Shown here: one piece after another, positions 37,319-48,101 of the stretch | How positions within the stretch are numbered: the stretch's first letter is position 1 | Layout of the letters: every line of letters begins with the position of its first letter | From: Candidatus Peribacteria bacterium | GTDB taxonomy: Bacteria > Patescibacteriota > Gracilibacteria > Peribacterales > Peribacteraceae | Reading direction: 5' to 3' | Assembly (NCBI GenBank): GCA_041691135.1 | Contig: JBEPVF010000008.1 | Location: forward strand, 8,529-72,528 | Length of the DNA: 64,000 nt | Program-made: the position numbers and the translations under genes | Notes under the pieces: model-generated | Database searches by the model: none | The model's input: the letters and a program-made list of their open reading frames with translations, nothing else | Told to the model about the DNA's origin: nothing

Positions 37319-37400
37319 GGATTTGCAGAAAGAGCTGACAGCATAAACAAGAAGAAATGTGGGTCAACTAATTTTGACATCTTTGTCACACAAAGGCTTT

Positions 37401-38690
37401 CTATAGCAATGTCTGCACTGCATCCATTTCATTGTTCTTCTTCCGATTCAGTGCCTTCAGCGTTGTTTTCTCCATTACCGTATCAATGAGGGCCGACTTC
37501 ATTTGATCTATGTCGCGAGGTTGCACAGCGACTTGTGGCGAAACCAACTGCTCAATTTCTTCCTCCTGGTTACTCAGTTTGGAGACCATACGCTTGATGT
37601 CCGCTGCGGCGAGCGATGCTTTGGCGTTCATCGGTTGTTTCTTGAGCGCCACTTCTTCAGCCAATGCTGGGTCCACGCGCTGTGTTTTCTGCAGCAGTTC
37701 GGTGCCCATTTTCGACATAATGATATCGGCGGCATTGCGCAGGTTAATGTGGAAGTCGAGCTCGGCAATCAGCTGAACCACATTCTCTCGCTGCTGCGGA
37801 TCCATCTGCTCGGCGAATTCGTAGAGCGCAATGCGCTTGAGGCTGGCGAGGATGGGTACGACTGCTTCGGGCGAGATGACGAACACGGAGTAACCCTCGA
37901 CAATATAATGATGGTTCTTCAACTCGCTGATGGCGGATGTGGGAACGATCAGGAAAATGGATTTGTAGATCTGCTCGTTGTCTTTCACTTTCTGCACGGT
38001 GTCCTTCACCTGATTATTGATGTACGTCTGCAGGCTCTTGGCCTTCGAGACCTTGGCATCGAAGATGACGTACTGGCCCAAAAATTCAATCATGAAATCG
38101 GGCTTGAGACTGCCGTCAAAGCCGGCAGGAAGATTCGTATTGTTGTAGGCAGTGAAGGCGAATTGCGGCTGTTTGCACAGATCGGTGAGCGCGGCGATCA
38201 CCGTGTTCTCGTGATCAGCCCACATGCGGTCGCGTGCTTCTTCCAACTGTTTGCGATATTCCATGTCTTCCTGAATCACGCGCTCCTGTTCTCTGCGAAA
38301 ACTCTGCTCGGCATGGGCGATTTTAGTAATCGAATCGGCATGCTCTTTTTCCTTGCGCTCGCGTTCGGCTTCGAAACGCGTCAGGCGTGACCGTAGTTCT
38401 TGGTTCTCTTTGGCCGTATTTTCCAAAGCCGCCTCGATCTGCTTATTCTGCGCAAACAGAGCTTTGCCTTTTCCTTCCTGTTGGTTCCGCTCCATGCGTT
38501 CCATCTCGTTCTGTTCACTCAGCTTCCCAATTTCTCTGGTTCGTTCATCCAAATGCGCTTTCAATGTCACGTTCTCCTCAATCAATTGACCGTATTGCTG
38601 ATCAAAATCGGTGGCTGATTTCTGGAATTTCAGAAGGTAGATGACAGCGCCGAAACCGATGATCACAAACAGGGGAGTGAGGAATTCCAT
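37401..38690 (-). CDS. RmuC-like protein (TM, coiled coil, PD-(D/E)XK domain)
   Basis: N-terminal TM, long coiled coil and LKPDFMI...IFDAK motif. Confidence 0.7.
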   Translation of the reverse strand: MEFLTPLFVIIGFGAVIYLLKFQKSATDFDQQYGQLIEENVTLKAHLDERTREIGKLSEQNEMERMERNQQEGKGKALFAQNKQIEAALENTAKENQELRSRLTRFEAERERKEKEHADSITKIAHAEQSFRREQERVIQEDMEYRKQLEEARDRMWADHENTVIAALTDLCKQPQFAFTAYNNTNLPAGFDGSLKPDFMIEFLGQYVIFDAKVSKAKSLQTYINNQVKDTVQKVKDNEQIYKSIFLIVPTSAISELKNHHYIVEGYSVFVISPEAVVPILASLKRIALYEFAEQMDPQQRENVVQLIAELDFHINLRNAADIIMSKMGTELLQKTQRVDPALAEEVALKKQPMNAKASLAAADIKRMVSKLSNQEEEIEQLVSPQVAVQPRDIDQMKSALIDTVMEKTTLKALNRKKNNEMDAVQTLL

Positions 38691-39050
38691 GAGAGAATAG
38701 AGAAAAGGACAGGGAGGAATGTGTAGTATCGGTGCTGTTCGTCGTCTGACACGATGCTAACGCCTGGTGCACGTATGTCCACTTATATTTTTTATGGCTC
38801 ATGGCCTAATGCAATTCACCTCCTCTTGTGCAGCCAGAAAAAGGGAAAATGAACGAGAAGTATCGCAAATTTTCCTCCTTTCGTCGCTTGTCTCATTTGC
38901 GGTATTTTGCCCTTTTAGACCAATAAAACGGTGAATAACTTGCTTTTTGCCGACCTATACGTACAATAATGCTCCGTCCGCGCTCCGCACAACGATTTCG
39001 TTTGCGAGGCCCGGCACTAATCTTTTTTGTCCGGTTCCCATTCCTGCCGT

Positions 39051-39320
39051 ATGTCCATCAAGCGCACCCAGAAAAAGAAGATCATCAACAAGCATCGTAA
39101 GCACGATAAAGACACCGGCTCCCCGCAGGTGCAGATCGCGATCCTCACGACCGAAATCGGTCTGCTGACCGACCATCTGAAGAGCCACAAGAAGGATCAC
39201 TCGGCCCGCAAAGGTTTGCTCGCCAAAGTAGCCGACCGCCGCACCCAGCTGAAGTATCTGGAGATGAACAAGCCGACGGAGTATCAGGATGTGTTGCAGG
39301 CGTTGGGCCTCAAGAAGTAA
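39051..39320 (+). CDS. rpsO: 30S ribosomal protein S15
   Basis: DTGSPQVQIAILT and HKKDHSARKGLL motifs. Confidence 0.97.
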   Translation: MSIKRTQKKKIINKHRKHDKDTGSPQVQIAILTTEIGLLTDHLKSHKKDHSARKGLLAKVADRRTQLKYLEMNKPTEYQDVLQALGLKK

Positions 39321-39341
39321 TTGTTCAAACTATGATTATCC

Positions 39342-39370
39342 AAAAGGGCGCAGGAGACTGCGCCTTTTTT
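39342..39370 (+). terminator. Intrinsic terminator after rpsO
   Basis: aaaagggcgcag-gaga-ctgcgcctttttt. Confidence 0.8.
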
Positions 39371-39433
39371 CGTAGTTGACCCCTCTGGACCTTCTGAGTA
39401 TTCTCGATCCTCTTTGTATTTCTGTAACGGTAC

Positions 39434-39778
39434 ATGAATTCAAATTCCACGCCACTGAGCCTGTTTGTGTCCCGCAATACCTTAACGTATTTGGGGGCAA
39501 GGACCGGTACGGATCATATAGATGAAGATGTAGCGCGGTTATGCACCGTACTGGGTATTTCCGAAGACATGCGCTGTCGGTTGGATAGGGCCTTGTTGCT
39601 ATTTGAACTCAGACGATTTCCAAAGCCTACACCGTTCGATGAAGGTTTTCGTTTTGAGGCGACCGATAAAAATGAGCGTGTATTTGCTTCTGTCACGATG
39701 GGAGGGCAGCACCTGCGGCCGATGGCATCAATGGATGAGACTATTGCTCAATTTCTTGGGAAAAAGAAGCGCAAATGA
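39434..39778 (+). CDS. Hypothetical protein
   Basis: 114-aa ORF between rpsO and pnp. Confidence 0.45.
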   Translation: MNSNSTPLSLFVSRNTLTYLGARTGTDHIDEDVARLCTVLGISEDMRCRLDRALLLFELRRFPKPTPFDEGFRFEATDKNERVFASVTMGGQHLRPMASMDETIAQFLGKKKRK

Positions 39779-39988
39779 TGCTTCCTTCGCAGGTTAAAAA
39801 GAGTATACTTTCCGTGCTCTTTCCTTCCGTCGCTCTTACTGCTCTGGGTTTACGTTTATGCTTCGATGCTTGTCATGGTGAGCGGAGTCGAACCATGTAT
39901 GTGAATCCAGCAACATCCATATGAGCGAAGGGAGAGGCAGGGTCGTTCCCGTATTCAGGGACGCCGTACCTTCCTTCCCATTCTTTTT

Positions 39989-42235
39989 ATGTCCTCTTTC
40001 GCAGAGAAAGACCACGAGTATTCGCTCGAACTCGGTGATCAAAAACTGAGTATCAAAACGGGCATGCTGGCCACGCAGGCCAATTCCACCGTTCTCGTCC
40101 AGATGGGCGATACGGTATCCATGGGTAACACCACCATCAGCGCCGAGCCGCGGCCCGGTATTGATTTCCTGCCGTTGCAGCTGGTGTACCAGGAGAAGTA
40201 CTACGCCGGCGGCAAGATCGGCGGCAGCCGCTTCCGTAAGCGCGAAGGACGTCCAAGCGATGACGCCATTCTGCTCGGTCGTGTGATCGACCGCGGCATT
40301 CGTCCGATGGTCGATAAAAACATCCGCAACGACATCCAGATCTTCTGCACGGTTCTCAGCTACGACTTCGAGAATGAGCACGATATCCTGTCGGCCAATG
40401 CGGCTAACCTGTCGATCGCTCTGTCCGATTGTCCGGCTGATGGTCCGCTCGGCACCGTCCGTGTCGGTCTTATCGGCGGTGAATTGGTTTTGAATCCGTC
40501 ACGCGAGGCCCGCACACGCTGCGATTTGGACATGCTCCTTACTGCATCGCTGGATCGCGTCGTCATGATCGAGGCCGGTGCCAATCAGATTGCCGAAGCC
40601 GAGATTGTCCGCGCCATCGAATTCGGCAAGAAATGGGCTCAGAAAATCGCCCGGTTCTTCGCGGATATTCAGAAAGAGATTGGCCGTCCGAAGTTCACAG
40701 TCGAAAAGCCATTCATGCATAAGGAGGGCTACGCCTTCCTGGAATCATGGGTACTGCCCACTGTCACCAAGGCTGTCAAAGAAAAGCTGCGCAAAGGCGA
40801 TCGCCGCGCGATTTTCAACGATCTGATGAAGCAGGCTGGCGACAAATTGAAGGAGAAGTTTGAAGGCAGCGTGACTGATGACAACCGCGAGGAGATGGAG
40901 AAGCTCTTCAGCTACGGCCGCTCGTTCATCGACCAAATCATCAAGGCCGAAGTGCGTCGTTTAGTGCTGGAAGAAGGTATCCGCATGAGCAGCCGCAAAG
41001 TCGACGAAATCCGCCCATTGGCCGCAATGATCGATGTGCTCCCGCAGCGCGTCCATGGCTCGGCATTATTCGAGCGTGGCGAAACACAGGGACTCACCAC
41101 GGCGACACTTGGCGCGCCTGGCGACAAGCAGTTGGTCGAAGGAATGGAAGGCGAGCACAAGCTGCGCTACATGCATCATTACAACTTCCCACCCTTCTCG
41201 GTGGGCGAGACGTCCAACCGTCTGTCGGTGGGCAATCGCGAAATCGGCCACGGCGCCTTGGCACAACGCGCGCTGGAGCCGGTATTGCCGAAGGAAGAAG
41301 ACTTCCCGTACACGATTCGTACAGTGACTGAGATTCTCTCCAGCAACGGTTCGTCTTCGATGGCAGCTACCTGCGGTTCCACGTTGGCACTCATGGCGGC
41401 CGGCGTGCCGATCAGCGCACCTGTGTCGGCTATCGCACTCGGTCTGATGTCGGATGAGTCGAAGGATCAGTACGTCATCCTCAGCGACCTGCAGGATGAA
41501 GAAGACTTCGGCGGCGATATGGACTTCAAAGTCGGCGGTACCGAAAAGGGTGTCACCGCTATCCAGATGGATATCAAGATCAAGGGTTTGCCGGATCACG
41601 TGTTTGCTGAGGCATTGGAGCGTGCACGCACCGGTCGTCAGTTCATACTCCAGGTAATGCTCAAAGCCATCGCCGAGCCACGCAAGGAGCTGAGCCCGTA
41701 CGCACCGCGCATCGAAACGATGCAGATCAATCCGGAAGATATCCGCTTGGTAATCGGCAAGGGTGGCGAAATGATCCAGAAGATCACCGGCGAGCTGGGC
41801 GTGGAGATCGATATCGAGGATTCAGGTCTGCTCTTTATCACTTCGGCAAATGGCGAAGCCATGCAGAAGGCCAAGGAGTGGATCCAGGGTATCGTGGCCA
41901 AACCCGAAGTGGGCAAGGTCTACCATTCCAAAGTGACGCGCATCATCGACGGTGTGGGTGCCATCGTGGAATTCTTGCCCGGCAAAGACGGCATGGTCCA
42001 CATCTCGGAACTCCAATGGGGTCGCACCGAACACGTCGAGGACATCCTCAAAATGGGACAGGAAGTGGATGTAAAAGTGATCGAGTACGATGCCATGGAA
42101 GGCAAGACGCGTTTGTCGCTCAAGCAGATGACCGAGCCGCCCGAAGGCTACCAGCCGCCGATGCGCAGCGGCGGATTCGGCGGACGACCCGGCGGTCCTC
42201 CACGCGGCGGATTCAGTCGCGGACCACGTCGTTAA
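39989..42235 (+). CDS. pnp: Polyribonucleotide nucleotidyltransferase
   Basis: DFLPL, REGRPS, HGSALFERGETQ, SNGSSSMA and GDMDFKV motifs, plus KH and S1 domains. Confidence 0.97.
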   Translation: MSSFAEKDHEYSLELGDQKLSIKTGMLATQANSTVLVQMGDTVSMGNTTISAEPRPGIDFLPLQLVYQEKYYAGGKIGGSRFRKREGRPSDDAILLGRVIDRGIRPMVDKNIRNDIQIFCTVLSYDFENEHDILSANAANLSIALSDCPADGPLGTVRVGLIGGELVLNPSREARTRCDLDMLLTASLDRVVMIEAGANQIAEAEIVRAIEFGKKWAQKIARFFADIQKEIGRPKFTVEKPFMHKEGYAFLESWVLPTVTKAVKEKLRKGDRRAIFNDLMKQAGDKLKEKFEGSVTDDNREEMEKLFSYGRSFIDQIIKAEVRRLVLEEGIRMSSRKVDEIRPLAAMIDVLPQRVHGSALFERGETQGLTTATLGAPGDKQLVEGMEGEHKLRYMHHYNFPPFSVGETSNRLSVGNREIGHGALAQRALEPVLPKEEDFPYTIRTVTEILSSNGSSSMAATCGSTLALMAAGVPISAPVSAIALGLMSDESKDQYVILSDLQDEEDFGGDMDFKVGGTEKGVTAIQMDIKIKGLPDHVFAEALERARTGRQFILQVMLKAIAEPRKELSPYAPRIETMQINPEDIRLVIGKGGEMIQKITGELGVEIDIEDSGLLFITSANGEAMQKAKEWIQGIVAKPEVGKVYHSKVTRIIDGVGAIVEFLPGKDGMVHISELQWGRTEHVEDILKMGQEVDVKVIEYDAMEGKTRLSLKQMTEPPEGYQPPMRSGGFGGRPGGPPRGGFSRGPRR

Positions 42236-42306
42236 TCATCGGACTGATCATGACTATTCAGAGCGGCGATATCCATCGCCGCTTTTGATAAATGCTAGTT
42301 TCCGGC

Positions 42307-43215
42307 TCACTCGGTATCTGGTGTTTTAGGCAGCTTTTTCTTTTCGGCTCGTTGAATCTTTTCCTCCAGGATCACCGTGAATTTATCGAGCCGGTCAAAC
42401 GCCTTTTGCTTGTCGGGACGCGTGGCATAGGGCGAAATTTTGCGCCAGGTAGGCATTGCCACCTGCAACGACGAGAGCAGCCCCCGCAGTTCCGCAGCAT
42501 TGGTGTGTTTGATATGCCAATTGATTTTTGTTTGCTGGAAGACGCCGAGCAGTGAATCCAATCGCATGATGGTGCGGGTGACGGCGTCGAGCAGCAGATT
42601 CTCTCGCTTCTCATCGACGGAGTACAAATGGGCGTGCTCCTGATAGAACTCGGGAATGTCTTCCAAAAGGCCTTGGGCGTGGCGGTAGGCGATGGTGAGG
42701 TTTTCCCAATCGTGGTCCTGCAATGCCTGCTCCTCATTCATATGCTGGATGGCATTGTCGAAGTCTTTGCGAATGATGTAGAACCCTTCGCGTGTGCTGT
42801 AGAACACGTTTTCGAATATCAACCGGTATACCAATTCGAGGGTCATCTCCTGGCGGTGCGAGACGATCTTGGCGACGAAGAGCGCGGCGATGAAGAATCC
42901 AATGACGCTCTGGCTGGCGGCGACTGCACGACAGAAGCCTTGGGGGGTCAGGTCGCCGTAGCCCACGGTGGTGGAGGTGACGATGCTGAAGTACAAGCTG
43001 TTCCAGAATCGCGGAACCGATTCCATTCCCGTCAGACCCGTGATGCCGTTGATACTTTCCGGATAACTGAGGAAGAAGTATGCCAGCGCGTATGCAATGA
43101 CTATCCCGGTCCACAGCGAAAACAATTGCCCGTAGGGGGCCTTGGTCAGTATCTCCATGAAATGGAGCGGAGCACGGTACGTGTGGCGCAGGTTATCCCG
43201 CAATCTCGTATTCAT
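42307..43215 (-). CDS. Potassium channel family protein (2-TM pore)
   Basis: Selectivity filter TTVGYGD. Confidence 0.88.
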   Translation of the reverse strand: MNTRLRDNLRHTYRAPLHFMEILTKAPYGQLFSLWTGIVIAYALAYFFLSYPESINGITGLTGMESVPRFWNSLYFSIVTSTTVGYGDLTPQGFCRAVAASQSVIGFFIAALFVAKIVSHRQEMTLELVYRLIFENVFYSTREGFYIIRKDFDNAIQHMNEEQALQDHDWENLTIAYRHAQGLLEDIPEFYQEHAHLYSVDEKRENLLLDAVTRTIMRLDSLLGVFQQTKINWHIKHTNAAELRGLLSSLQVAMPTWRKISPYATRPDKQKAFDRLDKFTVILEEKIQRAEKKKLPKTPDTE

Positions 43216-43273
43216 TCGCCACTATTGTGTTGGTAATTTCCGTTGGTGGGAAGCATCGCGACTTGTGCCGTAC

Positions 43274-43561
43274 TCAGGCTGGTTTTGCCGTATCTTTTTT
43301 GGAGGGTTCCGGCGCCGGTTTCGATTCACTTTTTTCGGCGGCCGGCGCTGCAGGTGCAGTTGTCTCTTTTGGCGTCGGCGAGCGGTTGGCATCCGTTTTG
43401 TAGAAACCCGATCCTTTGAAATGAATCGCCGGCGGCGACATCAGCTTTTCCACGCGCTTGCTTTTGCACTTCACGCACGGCGGCAGAGTTTTGCTGCCGA
43501 AGGGCAGTGTTTCTTCAAACACTGTTCCGCATTTCTGACACTGGAAATCGAACGTGGGCAT
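43274..43561 (-). CDS. FmdB-family zinc-ribbon protein
   Basis: MPTFDFQCQKCG...CVKC...FKGSGFYKTD. Confidence 0.88.
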   Translation of the reverse strand: MPTFDFQCQKCGTVFEETLPFGSKTLPPCVKCKSKRVEKLMSPPAIHFKGSGFYKTDANRSPTPKETTAPAAPAAEKSESKPAPEPSKKDTAKPA

Positions 43562-43759
43562 GGGAGGGGAGTATAGCAGGCTCAGGTGTCAGTGGTCAGC
43601 GCCCGGAGCCCAATGCTTTTTCGTACAAGACGCGGAGACCCCATATTCCCACTCCAATTCCTCCTGCAGCTAAGCCTAGCTGTAGGACGGAACATCCACC
43701 AATGTGAGTGTGTAAGACGTTGCCGAGAGCTGCAGCGGGGTGATTGAGTGGCATGTATG

Positions 43760-44131
43760 TCAGGCAGCTGTCCTGGAGACATGATCCACGCCGGTAAATT
43801 CTTCGATGACGTCTTGTCCGGCAGCGCCGATGATACCGAGGCCGGTGGTGATGCGTGTCGCAATGCCGGTGCCGCTTCCGAATACGATACCCAGGGATCG
43901 ACGCGTCCTCGCCATGTGGCCGACCAATGGAGGCACCTCTTTGGTTGTTCCATCGATAGTGCGGGCGGCTTTGTCGATCAACAGGTCGGGTCCCTCCAAC
44001 AGGATGCTTGTCACGCCAGCGACGTTCTTCAGGGGATCACCCAGGTAATCATCCGCTGCGCGGCTGCGCCATTCGTGAAGTGCCGATTCGTAGGCCAGTA
44101 GCCGATGTTCAGCGATTTGATTCTCCCTCAC
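43760..44131 (-). CDS. Hypothetical protein
   Basis: 123-aa ORF of plausible composition. Confidence 0.45.
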   Translation of the reverse strand: MRENQIAEHRLLAYESALHEWRSRAADDYLGDPLKNVAGVTSILLEGPDLLIDKAARTIDGTTKEVPPLVGHMARTRRSLGIVFGSGTGIATRITTGLGIIGAAGQDVIEEFTGVDHVSRTAA

Positions 44132-44282
44132 CCGTACAAACTACTACTATTTCGACAGGCAATCCCGGAAAAACTTGCGTTTTTTATGATAACTAAGTAT
44201 AACAAAGCCGCTTTGCGCTTAGGCGCAGCTCCGCTCTTTCTATTCTCTTGAAAAATGACCGCCCTCAAAAGCGGTTATTTTT

Positions 44283-44741
44283 TTGTCTTTTTTGCAAGCG
44301 CTTCCCCATGCAGTTGCTCTCCTGCTACGATCAGCTGTCTTCCTCCCCCGCATGCGTCAACAACTCAAAAAAATTCTTCCGGAATCATGGCTGCACTACG
44401 AGTTTAATAATCGCCAGATGCAGTGGGTGCTGATTCTGGGAAGCATCATGCTGTCGATGCTGGTGCTCTTCGCAAGTATCTCGACGCAAACGCCACTCGA
44501 TCTGTTCCTGTGGGGCGGATCGATCATCTTCATCGCTGTTTTCTGCTCGCCATCTCTCAGCTCGGTGCAGAACGCGTGTGGCAACGGTCTGGATGGTTTG
44601 TCGGACCGCGGATGGATGGTTGTCCATTTGCTGAGTAATGCGGTGTTCTACTACGTTGTTTTTCTGCTGCTCATCTTGCTGGTGCGGTTGGTGCAGAAGG
44701 CGGAGCCTGACAAGGCAATGGTGAAGGAGAAGATGGCATAG
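44283..44741 (+). CDS. Hypothetical membrane protein (3 TM; start uncertain)
   Basis: Three hydrophobic segments. Confidence 0.55.
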   Translation: MSFLQALPHAVALLLRSAVFLPRMRQQLKKILPESWLHYEFNNRQMQWVLILGSIMLSMLVLFASISTQTPLDLFLWGGSIIFIAVFCSPSLSSVQNACGNGLDGLSDRGWMVVHLLSNAVFYYVVFLLLILLVRLVQKAEPDKAMVKEKMA

Positions 44742-45335
44742 CCCCTCATCCCCGGCCCTTCTCCCTCCACACCAATTCAATAAGGTACATAACAAGCCAT
44801 GGAGCTGGTATTTGCTACACGTGCGCTTACCGGGAGAAGGGAGGTAAGATAATATGAGTTGTGCGGGCTTTAATTTTCGACAAAACAAAAGACAAATCAT
44901 TGATAACTTCTGTATTAGTGAAATGAATCACGCGGTATCCTTTTTGACTTAAATAAGTTTCTCGAAATGCATCATATTCTTTCTGCATGTCATGAATTGG
45001 TCCATCTATCTCTATAATAAGACTCTGCTCAAAACAAAGAAAATCAGCAATATACCATCCGACTGGAACTTGTCGGCGGAATTTTAATCCATCCAGACAT
45101 CGGCTTCGGAGGGCATCCCACAAAATAGTTTCCGCCTTGGTCATACGTTTTCGCAGACGCTTTGCAAAGCGGGTCTTGCTTCGTCTCATAACTGTAGTAT
45201 CGATTTGTACTACAAAATCATCTATAGACTCACTCCCTTCTCCCGGCAGGTTTCTGACGTTTCTTTGAACTGGCAGCGTCAAAATGAGTTCTATACTGAT
45301 CTGGTACAGAGGGAGAAGGGCCGGGGATGAGGGGC
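44741..45335. mobile_element. Candidate element: DUF559 nuclease bounded by nested inverted repeats
   Basis: Perfect 27-bp IR at 44741-44767/45309-45335 and perfect 14-bp inner IR at 44830-44843/45233-45246. The interior is AT-rich. Confidence 0.55.
44827..45189 (-). CDS. DUF559 (Vsr/PD-(D/E)XK-like) endonuclease
   Basis: RLRKRMTKAETILW, KFRRQ, YIADF, IEIDGPIH and GYRVIHFTN motifs. Confidence 0.9.
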   Translation of the reverse strand: MRRSKTRFAKRLRKRMTKAETILWDALRSRCLDGLKFRRQVPVGWYIADFLCFEQSLIIEIDGPIHDMQKEYDAFRETYLSQKGYRVIHFTNTEVINDLSFVLSKIKARTTHIILPPFSR

Positions 45336-45381
45336 CAGAGAGGGCTGCGCCCCCGCTCATTTTCATCTATGATTCCGGCCA

Positions 45382-48039
45382 ATGCTCCCCAAAGCCTATT
45401 CCCCATCGGATACCGAAGACCGCATCTACCAGCTGTGGGAAGAGACGGGAGCGTTCCATGCCGATGCCAAGAGCAAGAAGGAGCCGTTTACTATCAGCAT
45501 GCCGCCGCCGAATGCTACAGGGCAGCTGCACTTGGGCCATGCGGTGATGTTGGCACTGGAAGATATCTTCATTCGCCATGCGCGGATGCAGGGTAAGGAG
45601 GCGCTATGGGTGCCGGGCACCGACCATGCGGCCATTGCGACGGAGAACGTGGTGATTCGCCTGCTCAAGGAACAGGGGATGAAGGATCCGCGCAAAGAGC
45701 TGGGACGCGAAAAACTGATCGAGAAGATTGCCGAATTCGTCGAGCAGAGCCGTGGCACCATTCGCGGCCAGGTGCGCAAAATGGGTTCAAGCTGTGACTG
45801 GGAGCGCGAGCGCTACACGCTGGAGCCGGCGCTCAACCGCGTGGTCAACGAGGTGTTTGCCCGGATGTATAAAGACGGCCTTATTTACCGCGGTCACCGC
45901 ATCGTGAACTGGGATCCCAAGCTACAGACGACGATCTCCGACGACGAGATCGCTTGGAAAGAGGAAACGGCGCCGTTCTACACGTTCCAGTACGGACCGT
46001 TCCAGATCGGCACGTCACGTCCGGAGACCAAATTTGGCGACAAGTACGTGGTGATGCATCCGGATGATGAGCGCTACGCCAAGTATAAAAACGGCGATAC
46101 GTTCGAAGCTGAGTGGATCAATGGACTGGTGCGCGCGACGGTGATCAAAGATACGGCCGTCGATCCTGCTTTTGGTACCGGAGTGATGACGATCACGCCG
46201 TGGCACGACACAGCGGACTTCGAGATTGCCGAGCGACATGGACTGGAGCGTGAACAGATCATCGATTTCCAAGGCAAATTGCTACCAGTTGCCGGTGAGT
46301 TCGCCGGTATGCCGATCGAAAAGGCGCGGCCGCTCGTGGTCGAGAAGCTCAAGGAAAAGGGATTGCTCGTGAAAACTGACGAGAACTATCTTCATAATAA
46401 AGCTACCTCAAGCCGCGGCGGTGGGACGGTGGAACCACAGATTAAGTTGCAGTGGTTCATCGATGTGAAGAAAGAAGTAGTAACTTGGAAGGGTAAGATC
46501 ATGAGCCTTAAGCAAATCATGCACGAAGTCGTGCATAGCGGCGATATTACGATCTTACCGGACCGTTTTGCGAAGCAATATTTTCACTGGATCGATAACC
46601 TGCGTGACTGGTGTATCAGTCGCCAAATCTGGTGGGGGCACCGCGTCCCTGTGTGGTACAAAGCCGATGAAACGTATGTAGGTATCACACCGCCGGAAGG
46701 AGCTGGATGGCAACAGGATACTGATACGCTCGATACGTGGTTCAGCTCGGCCATGTGGACGTGGAGTACGTTGCTCGATCCTAAATTGGCAGTCGACCAC
46801 TCAGTTACGTTGGAAGAGTTACTAAAACGGAGTCCTGATTTTCAGAAGTTCCATCCTACAACGGTGATGGAAACGGGATACGATATTCTTCCGTTTTGGG
46901 TTGCCCGCATGATCTTGATGACGACGTACGCGGTGGGTCAGATTCCATTCGAGACGGTGTACCTGCATGGCCTGATCCGCACGCGTGACGGTCGCAAAAT
47001 GAGCAAATCGGATCCCGACAGCATGATCGATCCGCTCGATATGATTGCGAAGTACGGGACGGATGCGCTTCGCCTGTCGATGATCGTCGGACAGAGCCCG
47101 GGTGCCGATTCACGCCTGTATGAGGAGAAGATCGGCGGTTACCGCAACTTCGTGAACAAGCTCTGGAATGCTTCGCGCTTCATATTATTGCAGTGCGAAT
47201 CAGCCGAAATCGATCCGCACGATATTGAATTGTTCGATCAGGAAGGACTGACGGTGGCGGATCAGGCGTTGCTCTCTGCGTTACAGGATTTGGTGACTGA
47301 CGTAACAGCCGGGCTCGCGGAATATCGCCTGAGCGAAGTGGGGGAGCGGCTCTACAGCTTCGTGTGGGATTACTTCTGCGACTGGTATCTGGAGCTCAGC
47401 AAAGGTGAGGCGAATTACGCCGTGCTGCTCCACGCACTTCGCACGTTGCTCAAACTCCTGCATCCGTACTGTCCCTTCGTGACGGAGGAAATCTGGACGC
47501 ACGTGAAGCCGGAGCACGCCAAGCTCCTCATCCAAGAAGAATGGCCATTGGCCGACGAAGCGTTCAAAAATAAGGACGCGTTCGATCAGTTGCAGGTGGT
47601 GATCGACATTATCACGGCTATCCGCAAGCTGCGCACCGATCACCAGGTGCCGCTCGACAGTCATCCGGAGGTTGTGTTGGTGGTGCAGGGAAAGCAGGAT
47701 TCATTAGTTGATCAAGTCGAGCAGATCGTGCGCATGGCGCGTATCGGTGCGCTCAAGATTGGATCCAAGCCGCCGCAGGGCGAAGTGGCGAGTGCATTCT
47801 TGTCCGGTATTGAAGTCCATATGTTGCTCGAAGGCTTGGTGGATAAAGACAAGGAAAAGGCGAACCTTCTCAAAGAGCAGGAGAGCCTGGTGGCTTATGC
47901 ACAAGTGCTCAGAGGGAAGCTGGAAAATAAGCAGTTCATCGAACGGGCACCACATCAGCTGGTTTCCGCAGAGCGAGAAAAATTGGCCGAAACGGAGGAG
48001 AAGTTGAAAAAGATTGGAGAGCGATTGGGAAGCTTGTAA
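45382..48039 (+). CDS. valS: Valine--tRNA ligase
   Basis: PPPNATGQLHLGH, DWCISRQIWWGH, KMSKS and C-terminal coiled coil. Confidence 0.97.
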   Translation: MLPKAYSPSDTEDRIYQLWEETGAFHADAKSKKEPFTISMPPPNATGQLHLGHAVMLALEDIFIRHARMQGKEALWVPGTDHAAIATENVVIRLLKEQGMKDPRKELGREKLIEKIAEFVEQSRGTIRGQVRKMGSSCDWERERYTLEPALNRVVNEVFARMYKDGLIYRGHRIVNWDPKLQTTISDDEIAWKEETAPFYTFQYGPFQIGTSRPETKFGDKYVVMHPDDERYAKYKNGDTFEAEWINGLVRATVIKDTAVDPAFGTGVMTITPWHDTADFEIAERHGLEREQIIDFQGKLLPVAGEFAGMPIEKARPLVVEKLKEKGLLVKTDENYLHNKATSSRGGGTVEPQIKLQWFIDVKKEVVTWKGKIMSLKQIMHEVVHSGDITILPDRFAKQYFHWIDNLRDWCISRQIWWGHRVPVWYKADETYVGITPPEGAGWQQDTDTLDTWFSSAMWTWSTLLDPKLAVDHSVTLEELLKRSPDFQKFHPTTVMETGYDILPFWVARMILMTTYAVGQIPFETVYLHGLIRTRDGRKMSKSDPDSMIDPLDMIAKYGTDALRLSMIVGQSPGADSRLYEEKIGGYRNFVNKLWNASRFILLQCESAEIDPHDIELFDQEGLTVADQALLSALQDLVTDVTAGLAEYRLSEVGERLYSFVWDYFCDWYLELSKGEANYAVLLHALRTLLKLLHPYCPFVTEEIWTHVKPEHAKLLIQEEWPLADEAFKNKDAFDQLQVVIDIITAIRKLRTDHQVPLDSHPEVVLVVQGKQDSLVDQVEQIVRMARIGALKIGSKPPQGEVASAFLSGIEVHMLLEGLVDKDKEKANLLKEQESLVAYAQVLRGKLENKQFIERAPHQLVSAEREKLAETEEKLKKIGERLGSL

Positions 48040-48101
48040 GGCAAGCGTCCGGGAGTAATACTGGCTGCATCTTCAATCCAGAACTAAAAGGAGGATTGCT
48101 G

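Noticed and set aside
39861-39897. Repeat-like gtcatggtgagcggagtcgaaccat upstream of pnp
   Set aside because: It resembles REP-like motifs but is single-copy here, so it cannot be supported as a repeat.
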